Assembly (NCBI RefSeq): GCF_000143415.4
Contig: NW_003314306.1
Location: 232,029 to 296,028, forward strand
Source: Selaginella moellendorffii
Taxonomy: Eukaryota; Plantae; Lycopodiophyta
DNA: 64,000 nt
Direction: 5' to 3'
The position numbers were made by a program, and so were the translations under genes. Shown here piece by piece: positions 25,798-37,640 of this stretch. A model generated the notes under the pieces. It did not search any database, had not been told where the DNA came from, and worked only from the letters and a program-made list of their open reading frames with translations. The stretch's first letter is position 1. Every line of letters starts with the position of its first letter.

Positions 25798-27135
25798 ATG
25801 GCGGTCCAGTCGCGGCCAGCGGGCTTTCCCTCATTCGCTTCACCGCCCAAGCGCGATCGTCACACCAAGGAGAGAATTCCGCGGAGTTTGCTCCAGCTCC
25901 AAAGCTCCACCGCCACGACGAGCGAATCAGCGGCAGCGCTGGAGAGACAAAACATTTGCAAGCTCTCGGCGCTGCTCAAGGACACCAATCTCCTGCCCGA
26001 GAGATACGTGATACCCGAGAGCCACCGCGCGCGATTGTCCCACGACGCCTTCCTCCCCGAGGTGGAACTCCCAATGATCGACTTTGAGACGCTAAAGTCC
26101 GGGGCTGGCACCGAGATCCTCGCTCGCGAGGTTGGCAATGCCTGCCGCGATTGGGGGTTCTTCCAGATCGTCAATCACGGCGTCCCGGGCGACCTGATCC
26201 AAGAGATGCTGCTCCATGCCGACCAATTCTTCCACCTCCCCTACCGGCAAAAGGAGAAGGCCGCGATCTTCCCAAGGCCTCTGGGCTACAATGGCCGCTA
26301 CACGGACCTGTCCTCGAGCGCGCCGTGGGTGGAAGCCATGGCAATGCAGCAAACTCCATACTCCACCGTGGATAAGACGGTGGACAGAGTCTGGCCGGGA
26401 GAAGGCAATCCAAGGCTAAGGTGAGAGCCGCGAGATGGTCGAAACTCTGCTCGATCATCCAATTCTAACTTGATTCCTTTCGCCCATGATCCAGGAGAGC
26501 GCTGCGGAGGTACCACGCCGAGATGGAGAAGCTCGGGCAGAGTGTTGTCCAATTGATTGCCCTGAGCTTGGGCCTGGAGAGGAGAACCTTTAGCCGCCAC
26601 TTCGAGGAGAGCTCCTCCACTTTCCGGTGGAATCACTACCCTCCATGCCCCTTGCCCTCCAAAGCTCTGGGCCTCCTCGCTCACTCCGACCCCTCCGCGA
26701 TCACTATACTCCACCAGGATAGTGTCGGTGGTCTCCAGATACGAAAAGATGGCCGATGGATCGCTGTGAAGCCACGGCCAGACACATTCGTGATCAACTT
26801 GGGCGATGTCTTTCAGGTATGATCGATCGATGGAATGATCTGTGCTATAGTTCTCGAAACTTATAATGTCCCAATTGTTCTTCCAGGCCTGGACGAATGG
26901 AAGATACAAGAGCGTGGAGCACCGAGCGGTGGTGAACCAGAAGCAAGGGAGGCTCTCCATGGTTTTCTTCTACGGCCCACAAGAGGATTACGTGATCACC
27001 CCCCCGGATGAGCTCATCGATGAAGATCATCCTCTGCGGTACAGGCCCTTCACTTGGGGGGACTACAGCGCCGCCAGGCTCAGCATCCCGGCGCACGGCA
27101 AGAGACACTTGGACGTCTTCGCAGGAGCCCTGTAA
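25798..27135 (+). CDS. 2-oxoglutarate/Fe(II) dioxygenase (DOXC), gibberellin 20-oxidase-like; exons 25798-26420, 26495-26816, 26887-27135
   Basis: LPMIDF, ACRDWGFFQIVNHGV, NHYPPCP, HSDP..TILHQDSVGGLQ, NGRYKSVEHRAVVN, RLS; intact HxD..H and RxS motifs. Confidence 0.9.
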
Positions 27136-29176
27136 TGACAAGGAAGGATTTCTTCTTCTTCCTTTTCTCCATTCCTCCTCTTCTAGAAGGGTCGCGACTT
27201 CCGAGATTGTTGGAAGAGGGGCTCTCGTGTGGTTTTATGATTATCGATCATCGTTTCACAGAGAGAAGAGAGAGAGAGAGGGGTGAGAACGCGGAAAGCC
27301 ATTTTTTGTAGCCTGTGGAAATAAAACACGTAAGTTCTTGGAAGAAATAGTCGTGTATAGTGAACTGCAAGACGCAACTCTTGCAACACTCAAGTTCCTT
27401 CTTCTGATCTAGAAGAAGGAAGACGCGGTGATGAACAAAGTGACCAAAGCTTATCCTTTGTCTCATGATGTTTGTTTGGATCATCAATTTCAACTCTTGG
27501 TCAGAATCCTCTTCCTCTTCTACTTCTTTGAACAAGGAGTTACCCACACGGAGTAGAGTTCTCAAACTTTTTTAGGTTGCGAGAGTGACACTGTCCCTCT
27601 GTCGTGGTTTCTAATGTTTCATGCCACCTTTTGCTTTATAAAAAATTCCCGAAAATCTTTACACTCTCCCTGCGTGTAGATCCTTGTCTATGATCATGGG
27701 TTGACACGGCGAGAGGACCGAGAAATTGGAGAAATTCTTACGGCACCCAAGACATGCCCGGCTCCACACTAAGCCCATGATTTAGAAACCGATCCCTCCT
27801 GGCAATAAGAAAAACAATTCGCCTCTGTTTGTGATACTCCCAGGGATTTGATACCTCTTGTTGTCACAAGTGAGGTGTTGCAGTGTCAAGTGTAGCATCA
27901 GGATCATGTGAGTGGGGTCAAATTTCTGTTCAAGTTCCCCTCTGTTTCTTGTTCACCTTGTTCCTCGCTGACCAGAAAAGAATTGAAAGAAAAATGTGCG
28001 GACTTTATACAGTCCCGATGACCTGCATGTGCCAAGTGCCGGATCTCTGTTCGCAATGCAGTGTACTCCCAATAACCACTGCAAAAAAACCCAAGGAAAA
28101 TGATGGAAAAATCACTCTTTTCTTGGTCTTTTGGATTTCTATTCCGTCGACCCTGTTTGTTTGCTGCTGCTGCTACTGCATTCGTGCCGGTCCTTGACGA
28201 CGACTCTCCATCCAAAGCAAGGAGAAAAGAAACAGGAAGACGAGCAGGAAAAGACTTGTAAACTCGTTGGTGTGTGGGAACTTGCAGGGACCGTTTGTAA
28301 TAATCCAAACTAAAAAACCTGTGCGCCCCTCTACCAGTCTAGACTCTAGATTCTCCCATCAACCGCAAGAGGCACGAATAATCAATCGGCCGCCTGCGCA
28401 ACTTTCCTCTTCCTGTCCCCCAGTTCTCTGGATTTGTTCACTCTTTCGTCGCCTTTTTTTTTTGTTTTTTTTTTTTGCTGCTGTTGAGTCAACACTGGAA
28501 GATGCCCCTTATAACTGCCTTCGCTGAGATCACCCAAGCGACCAAAAACTCTTTTTTTTTGTTTCCTGCTCGAGTGGGAGCTGGAGTTTTGCCGTCAAAA
28601 CCCCCATTCATTGTGCACATGGCCGGCTGCTGCTTGAACCCAGAAGTTGTATAAAGTACCTGAGAAAATTTCTTTGCGGCTGCAATTGAGAAAACATGCT
28701 CTCCCACTCCGACACACGCACACCGCTTTCTTAATTTTCCTCTTTCTCCGCTTTTGCATTTCTTTTTTTCTTTCTTTTTCTCGCTTTTTTGCTTGTTTTC
28801 CTGTTCTTCGGTTCTAGAACACCAGAAAAAGGGGTAATTTTTGTGTGGTTTTTTGGTCAACTTTGGCGCCGTGATTGACTCTCTATATCTAAGTATGATG
28901 ACAGGCATGCCATATTCTCGGTCCGACAGTCCACCCAGAGAGCATCTAATGCTTGCCATGTGATCCACAAGCACCACATTGGTTTTAATTCATGATCTTC
29001 CAAAGAACGTAGAAAATGTGTGTGTGGCTCTGAGTGAATGTAAGAGCTTTTGTCAAAGACAATCATTCGTAAACGGCCCCTCCACTCACTCACCTTAAAT
29101 CTATTAGATTGTAAGATCGTGGCAGCCCTAGAAATTTCTTGGGGGTTTAGGTTTTTTCTAGCGCTAGGGCGGGGCG

Positions 29177-31455
29177 ATGGCGCTGGGGTGTGCCGCTCTT
29201 GGATCGTCCCCGTGCGCCTCTCTTCCAGGTAATCTTGACCGATTCGCTGCGCTCTAGCGCCAAATGCTGGCTGCAGGAGCATCGCATTCCTTCGCCGTGG
29301 GGTCGAAATTTTGCTCGAGGCTCTGCTTCTCCGGTAAGAGTCGCTGTTCTGTTTTCTTGATCGGGTAGAACAGTGACGAAGCTATCAATCCAGCTCGTCC
29401 TAGAGGCCGACTGCAGAGGTGGGAGAATTCTTCTAGAAGGCTTTTATTCGCGAGGATCAGGGCATTAAGTTCGCAATCTGCGGGGGGTAGCGATGATCGT
29501 AGCACGACTTCTGAGAAATTTCTCAATCCTTACGTCTGGTCCGACAGAAAGGTATGTGTTCCATTTCTTTCCACGTTGACAAAGAGCTCTAAAGTCTTTT
29601 CTTGCTGATGTGTAGAGCCCCAGAATATGTATACTGGGTGGTGGCTTTGGTGGTTTATACACTGCCTTGCGGCTGGATTCTCTTGTGTGGACACCAGAAA
29701 AGCGTCCGCAGGTTCTCAGCCTTTATTTTCTGACCAGTTTTATGGCTTGCTTCCTCAAGGACGTTTTCTTTTCCAGATTTTACTTGTGGATCAATCCGAG
29801 CGTTTCGTTTTCAAGCCGATGCTTTACGAGCTATTGTCAAAAGGTTACGACTTCTCAGAAAAAAAGAAAAAAAAAATGCCCCACATTTTTTCTCCTGACT
29901 CACGATGTGCAGAAGTTGATGTCTGGGAGGTAGCCCCACTATTTGCAGACCTCTTGGCGAGCACAACCATACGCTTTCTAAAAGACAATGTCAAATCCGT
30001 GTCACCTTTTGATGCAGTTGCTGACGATAACAAGTCGTCAGCATCTAGCATCGGTGGTAAGGTGTACCTTGAGAGCGGAATTCAAGTCGAATATGACTGG
30101 TAAGCTTCCAGTGTTCTCATCCTTTTTACTTTTTTTTTTCAAACATTTAAACATCTGACTCACAGATATCAGGCTAGTATTGGCGTTGGGTGCTGAAACT
30201 AAGATGGATATGGTTCCTGGAGCACTGGAACACGCCCTTCCTTTCTCGACTCTGGAAGATGCTCTCGTAAGCTTCGGTTTTCTTTTTTCTTTTTCTTTCG
30301 CCTTTTCCATTTAGATTGCGTTTTTAGAGCCACTCATGCTTCTCACGTCTTTAGAGGCTGGAGAAGAGATTGGAAGAGCTGGAAAGGGAGAGGTTTGGTC
30401 CGAAGCAATTGCCCATAGATGTTGCTGTTGTCGGGTCCGGCTATTGTGGCATTGAGTTGTCAGCTACGGTTGCGGAGAGGCTTGGTGAGCGTGGTCGAGT
30501 GCAAGTGATTGATGTCAATTCAGAGATCTGCCCTTCAGCACCTACCGGAAACAGAGAAAAAGCTTCGGAGGTAAAAAAAAAAAAAAAAGGAGAGGACGCA
30601 AGTGTTCAGTCTTACTCATCAATTATTTTGCAGGTATTGTCATCTCGCAACGTCAAGCTGGAGCTGGGATATTTTGTAACTAATATTGCTCTCAAGGATT
30701 CCAACGAGCCAGAGAAAAAGAACAAGCGGGTGGTTCTCGAGTTAAAGCCAGCGAACTCAAGGAACACTCGTAAAGCCCCTCCCAGCACATTTCTGGAAGC
30801 CGACTTGGTACTATGGACGGTCGGAGGCAGAGCGTTGGTTCCAAAGGCCTTTCCTACAAACGGGCGTGGACAGACGGACACTGACGAGACTCTACGAGTA
30901 AAAGGACACCCTCGCATCTTCGCGATTGGAGACTCCGCTGGTAACAAAGACAGCTCTGGAAGGCTGCTGCAAACAACAGCACAGGTACTGACTCTTTTTT
31001 TCGCGCTCAAATAACGTTTTTTCTATGTAGGTCGCGCTTCAGCAAGCTGACTATGCCGGATGGAACTTGTGGGCCGCGATCAACAACAGGCCACTTCTAC
31101 CTTTCAGGCTAGAAAGTTATTGTCCTACTCTTTTGTTCTGATCGTTTTCTCCAGGTACCAGCACTTGGGCGAGATGATGACGCTTGGAAGGTATAATGGT
31201 GCTGTTACGCCCAGTTTCTTCGAAGATATCACGCTGGACGGTGTACTTGGTCATACAGGTAGAACATCTTTTTTTTTCTTCCTGTTTACCATCGTTTTCT
31301 TTGAATTTCTTGCAGCTAGAAAGCTCGCGTATCTCTATCGCCTTCCCACAAACGAGCACCGCCTCAAGGTTGGAGTAAGCTGGCTAGCGAAATCGGCCGT
31401 GGACGCGTTCTCGTACGTCCAGGGTACGGTACTTAGCTTAGCGCAAAAATCGTGA
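29177..31455 (+). CDS. NDC1: Type II NAD(P)H dehydrogenase C1 (NDC1), multi-exon
   Basis: RICILGGGFGGLYTALRL, VDQSERFVFKPMLYELLS, VAVVGSGYCGIELSAT, TDETLRVKGHPRIFAIGDS, FRYQHLGEMMTLG, ARKLAYLYRLPT. Confidence 0.95.
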
Positions 31456-31521
31456 TTAGTGTAAAGTGTAGTGATAATAATGTGAAGTTTAGGGCTTATG
31501 GGAATTTGAAATTTAGGGCTT

Positions 31522-33219
31522 ATGGCCGAGGTGGGAGAAGAGGAGGGCTGGAGATTTCTCTACGAGGCGCTGCTGCGAATCTCATCGCTGCGGCTGCTGC
31601 TCACCAAGGATTTGGTGGCGCCGTCGGTATCGTGCAATCGCGGGCTCAAGGCGTCCCTTGGACGATTCTCGTCCTGTTTGGAGCTGGTTTGCGAGTGGCA
31701 ATCGGAGCGAGAATGCGGGAAGCGCGTGGTGTTGCGCGTTCCTCTCCCATTGTGTCCTGTCGATCACGGGGCGCCGGTGGAAGCGGTGGCGCGGGAGGAT
31801 CACATCGAGGTTAAGCTCAGAATGGTGAGTGGTGGAGCGAGTTTTTTGCTGAGCAGCGAAATGGGAATGCTTCCGAGCACAAGTAAGTTTCTTTGATTTT
31901 CCTAGACTCTAGCGGAAGATCTGTATTGTTTTCCATAGATGAATCATCCGAGCTTGCATCACGCGCACCGGAAATTATTCTTGGCTGCAGGGCTTGCAAG
32001 GCGGCGATCACACGAGGAGGATTCGAGTAAGAAAATCGAGTTTTTATAGGAGGAAGTAAACTCTTTTGTTCTTTTATGCAGGTCAGTGCTGGAACTTCCC
32101 TCCGTTGATTGGAGAGAGGCCACGGACGACTGGTTTGGAGTATGTTGCTGTGGCTCCAGTATAAGAACCGAGTCAATCGTTGCAGGGTTTGAGAAAAACG
32201 TCACCGCCTCGCACGGGAAACTCCTGGTTGGAAACTCGACATGCATCGTTCACGCCTCGGATCTTTGCCAGGCATCACCACCAGTTGACAGCGCCTGCGA
32301 TAGAGCGCAAGAAAAGGAGAAGAGCGAGGCTGGTGCTCTCGAGGTAGAAGTAAACGGGGATACAAACCAGGGTAATCACAGGCAACACACTTCGGTTTTC
32401 CGGGGGCACCAGCACGATGTCTGCTGTGAAAAAAATGACTGCGTTACTACTCGTGAAGAACATACGTCAGGTCCAGGTTTCTACGACTTTCTCAAAGGTC
32501 CGGTGGAGCCAATGAACAGCGGTACATGGCAGCCATTCAATTGCCTCGAGTGCTCGTCGCTGATTGGAGTTTTCTTAGAACCAAACGAAGGCCAAACACC
32601 GAAACCAGCCGTCCATCTGTTCAAGCGACACATACTAGCGGCTGAAAACACACTGACCAAGGAGTCATTCAGGTACTCGTTCTCTATCGCTTTATTTTTC
32701 TTCTTGCTCCATTCTAAAGTAGAGTGTTGGCTTTCTTTTCTTTAAGGCACCACACTCTTGAGAAGGACTTTACCAAGGAGCTCGTATCTAGAGCCGAGCA
32801 AGACTCTTCCTATAGATACGTCGTTCGAGGCTTGAGACTTAAAAGACCAATGCTCCAGGTGGTGCTTGTAAATGAGAACTCTCTCGTTTTCTCTGGAGCA
32901 GTGGTGGATTCCAAGAGACAAGTTTCCCTTGGCTCTTTCACTCCAGCGGCGAGTGCGATGCTTCAAGATTGTAGCGAGTTTGAAGAACACGAACTAACGT
33001 AAGTATCTTATTTAATCCAGTGATGCGGTATCACTAACACGCAAAATTTCGTTCTCCAGTATTGTAGAGGAGTGGTGTACACGCCATAACGTGGACGACA
33101 TCTTTCTCCTCGAGGAAGAGATAGCCATGCTGCTGACAACAATCCGTGCAAACCAGGAATTTTACCCGGCCTCGTACAGCGTGAATCAAGGTTTTCGGCT
33201 GTCCTTCCTGAGAATATAA
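31522..33219 (+). CDS. UBE3D / E2C-binding protein (HECT_2 family) homolog, multi-exon
   Basis: WRFLYEA, CRAC, ELPSVDWREATDDWFGVCCC, CLECSSLIG, HLFK and C-terminal YPASYSVNQGFRLSFLRI*. Confidence 0.8.
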
Positions 33220-33320
33220 ATACGTAAGTTTGTACAAAACAATCGATCCATCCTGCGCTGTGTTAGTATCCTTCACACAAAACTATCAAATGAAGCTAAG
33301 TACCTTTTTTCTTGAATGTT

Positions 33321-35690
33321 TTAGAGATGATCCTGCGGCTTTGGAGACAAGAACATCGCAGTGTACATGCGAAGCTTGTCCGAGTCCGAGGCAGCGATGC
33401 TGAGCCTCCGTTCCAGTCCAGCACCCCCACGGTTTCTCGATGTTCTCGCTGGCTCCGCTACTGAGACCCTGGCCGCCTTGAAACGCCTCCAAGCCAGCTG
33501 AATGGTAACCGCGGCCCAAGTCCTCCATCCGGATGAGTAGTATCTCGCGGTCCGCTTGAGCTTCTCGTTCGCAAACTCGGTCCGGAAGTGGTCTGTCACG
33601 TACTTGAGATCGCGAGCTTCGAATCCGAAGGCTTCCACCGAGTCCAAGCACCTCAGCGTCGCAATGGACGGGGGTAGCCGGTCGACGAATGGCCTCCTGA
33701 GGCACCACGACAGAAGCTCGTCCCCGCAAAAGCTCCCGGGCTCCATGGTGAAGATACTCGTCTTGTTCTCGCTCAGGTTGTGGATGCTTTGCAGCCTGCC
33801 CCGGACGATGAATAGCATCCGCTGCACTGGGTCTCCGGTTCGCGAGATCTACATGGAATGACACCACTGTGCATGAAAAACACACTTTGGGATGGTTGCG
33901 AGGCTCGGTGCTTACCGTCTCGCCTTTGATGAACATCAGGGGCTTGACGCGGTCGCAGATGGTGTCGAGCACGATCTCGTCCATTTGGTAGAAGAGAGGG
34001 ACCTGACGTACGAGGTCCAGGCAAAGGTGGCGCTTGACATCCCGCCGGACGCCCTCGGGTAGCTCGCGAACCATGGCGTGCTCGTCAACTCCACGTAAAG
34101 CGGCCCATTTCTGGCGCTCGTATTGACGAACACGGTGCCTCAGCCGAGATGGCAGCTGCCTGCGTTTCATCCAAACCTCGAGGTCTCTGATTTTCAGCCG
34201 CATTTCCTCTTTCTTAGCCGTCATCGAGTGCAAGAAAACCTGTCGAAGTCAAAGGGTCCTACTAAATAAGTTTCCTCACAGAATGCATGAAGTGACTTAC
34301 TTGTATGTTTCCTATCAACAGTGTGAACAGCATGAGCCCACACGTAATGACTAGAATGCTGAAAATGACCTCCAGCATTTGATTGCTTGGAACCATAGCA
34401 TTGCCAAAAGAGCTGGATTTGAAAACAAGAAAAATGTAAGAGTTAGCATGTTTCCCGTCAAAACTCTGTACCTCAAAGTCATCAACCCCCAGAAGATAGG
34501 ATAAAGAATGCGGTTTAAGAAGTTCCTGGAGGTAGTCAGCGGCAAGGCGGTTATAAAAATCCCGTACTTGAAAACATCACCCTTGTTCTCCAAACAAGTG
34601 GGAGCAACATCTGCATATAGCTTCGCAGATGTAAGCGGCGAAGGATCAGAGAACCGTGGACCGTATAAGATGGCATGCGAGGACCCCAAATCCCGGACAT
34701 TGCAACCAGCTTTCATTTTGCACTGGTCATACAAGCACGAAGAAATCCTCTGCAAAGCAAGGAGATACCAACAAGCTCCTGCGGCCTGCAAAGCCAAGAA
34801 CGTGAGCAAGAACATCGAAGAGAGTTACTGCCATCTTACGTGAGCCGCCACGAAGTATGCTGTCAAGTTAAGAGCGAAGCCCCACCAGGCGGTCCCGAAA
34901 ACGTATCCAGTAACTCTTTGCATCCGCGGCACTAGAGTGATCAAGTGAAACACTTTGTAGACGAACTGGATCGCGAATGCCACTAGAATGCTTGTCATCA
35001 TCCCACTCATTTTACCTCCGCTCCTGATCATCTCTGGAACGACACCCCATATAACTATCTGCAAGAAAAACGCAAGTCAAACCATTTGTGTCGAGGAAAA
35101 ACTGAAAAGCTTGCCTGTAAGATAGGAAAAACCACGAAGAGATCGAAAACGAAGCCGCCGGACGGACGAAGGTAGTGCAAAGCAACCATCCTCGCATCCC
35201 AGACGAGCTTTCCACTTCCAAGGACGAGGGACTTCCGAGCGACATAAGCAAGCTTGAGCTGGAGCCATATATGCCAGAGATGCATCAAGTCGCTCACGCA
35301 GCGGAAGAGCGTCACGAAGATACCAAACCAGCCGTCAATGTAGAAGCAGTAGCGGTGTGGACTGATGGCCACCGTGTAGAGAAACAGCGGCTCGATAGCC
35401 AGAGCCCAGAACCTGGAGAGGAGGAAGACCCGGTTCCAGGCGATGATGGTCTTGCTCCTGGGATCCAAAACTTTGCCGAAGATCCACGTCTTGTAGAAGC
35501 CATCTGGTTTTGGCGGGGGCTCGTGATGCATGAGTGAGACACCAACAGCGCCTTCGAGCATGTAGGAGCTGCCTCGGTCATGGTCTGTGACATGGTGAGG
35601 AGGAGGGCCGCCGAAAGAGTTGTATGGAGGAGGACCGGAGCCTAGCGGACGAACAGCAACATCCGGCATGCTATTGACTTTGGCGGCCAT
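33321..35690 (-). CDS. CNGC: Cyclic nucleotide-gated channel, group IV-B (CNGC2/CNGC4-like), multi-exon; start codon uncertain
   Basis: VLDPRSK..WNRVFLL, MQRVTGYVFGTAWWGFALNL, YPIFWGLMTLS, CNBD (FCGDELLSWCLRRPFVDRLP) and IQ region RYYSSGWRTWAAVTIQLAWRR. Confidence 0.93.
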
Positions 35691-36904
35691 CACACCAAGC
35701 TCGAGTGCCTGGAACGAGCGAAAGATTAGATCCTTGAACAGAGTCGATAGAACATACACAAGGCAAGCGCCAGAAACAAAAAAAAAATCCTCGCAGGACT
35801 CTCACAAATCAGTAAAAGGAATCCTTTCAGACTAAGATCGATGAAAAGAAAGAACGAGAGAAAGATTAAATCCGTCGATAGAACACACACACACACACAA
35901 AAGGAAAGCACTTCCATATAAAAAAGAAATTCCTCACAGATCACAACTGGTGAAAAGAATCCTTCGCGTCGGACTGAGATCGATCGATCAAATCTGCGAG
36001 AGAATCGCACGGGCAAAACATCCAAAGGGCAAAGAAGCAAGAATTTCCCTTGCGGTGATCGGGCCCGCAGCATCATGATAGCAATGGAAGAAAAGCGCTT
36101 ACCAGTATAATGTCGGGGATGGAAATGCGAGCTCCACCATGGAAAGCGGAGGAACAGCCGCTCCTCCTGTTGGTCCTCCTGCGGCCTCCACATCTTCGCT
36201 TTCTCCTGTATCACAAGATCGCAAGAAAACGCCGATCGATCAAGGTCAAGAGCAAGAACGCACAGGAGAATCGATTGACCGACTGGCGCCACATCGCGAG
36301 ACGATTCTCGGCCAAAATTTCACGTGAGAAGAGCCACCAGCATTGGAAGAAATCGACCGAGCACGGAAGAACCCTAAGAAAATCCGCTCTTAATACACTA
36401 GATTGCCACGTGTCGCTATAGGGACCGTCCGATCTAACGACTTTAGAATATGCGCGTAATGAATACCTCTTGCCACCATGCTGATGCTTTTTTCCATGGT
36501 TTAGAAATTTGAGATCTACTTGCTCGTTTGCAGCCAAAGGAATCTAGTGAGCTGCAAGTTAAAAGCTTAAGGGATGCCATGCCATGGGTTTTGGGGGAGA
36601 ATGTGAACTCCAAGCGTTGAGTGAGTTGAACCCTATGACACTAGAAATTGCCCAACAAATGCTGTGCGGTTGAGAAAGTGAAATCCCCCACAATTGGCCC
36701 TCTCCTCTCCTCCTCTCACACCCAAATTCACTGTTATAAATCTCACCTTTGAGTGGACTTTCCTCGTTACAGCAAAGTATTGACACCAGGTCTGCCAAGA
36801 ATGGATCCAGCAGTATTTCTATGTATTCATTCTCGTCTTTTCAGCTGTACTTTAGCACTAATTTAAGTCATTGATCTCTCCAAAGTCAACATGGATATAT
36901 CATT

Positions 36905-37105
36905 GCACTGAAGCCCACCCACACCTCCATTGAAATCAAGCAAGGATCACTAGTAACCATCTGGAAATGTTCAAGTTAGGTGAAGAAATGCAATTCTTTT
37001 AGTGAGGCCCACCCATGCCTCCATTGAAATCAAGCAAGGATCACTAGTAGCCATCTAGAAATATTTAAATTAGGTGGAGAAATGCATTCTCTTACTGAAG
37101 CCCTT
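36905..37105. repeat. About 94-bp tandem duplication
   Basis: GCCCACCCA..CCTCCATTGAAATCAAGCAAGGATCACTAGTA repeats at 36913 and 37007. Confidence 0.8.
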
Positions 37106-37324
37106 GCCCTAGTGTTCTAGAGCCAAAAAACTTATGTTGAGCATAAAACAATCTTAGCCACCACATCAACACAAGCATTGACAGCAACTTTGACACTTAG
37201 AGCTTGCAATGTAAGCTCTAGAACCCCCGGCACAGGTGCTTGCCTTATGCAATGCTCATAAGGGGAAAATATAACATATACAGGCCTTTAAATAATAGGT
37301 ACATTTGCCTACCATTTTACTTCT

Positions 37325-37640
37325 TAACTCCCCCTCAAGTTATCTACATCCTAAGGTTGATTTTGTGCTTGTTGAAAAGCTGTGGCTCCAAGGCTTTTGT
37401 AAGGATATTTATTGTTATTTCTTTTGATCTCCTATGCATTAGTATGATGTTGTCAATTTCAAATAAAGTAATGGTATATTTTTACATGCTTGGTTCTCAC
37501 CTATAACACTGGATTGTTTATGAGTGAAAGTGTTGATGAATTAAATTCAGACTTTTTAGATAACAACTACAGACTAGCCTATTTGTTGCTCATAGAAAAT
37601 CCAACAATAACATAGTAATAACTCATGATAACTAATACTA
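37325..37640 (-). mobile_element. Ty1/Copia RNase H 3' end remnant
   Basis: Minus strand NILTKALEPQLFNKHKINLRM (degenerate ADxLTK motif) followed by PPT TGAGGGGGAG. Confidence 0.65.

Noticed and set aside
27140-29170. Conserved plant miRNA (miR156/160/166/171/319/408) precursor
   Set aside because: No mature sequence of these families was spotted by eye.
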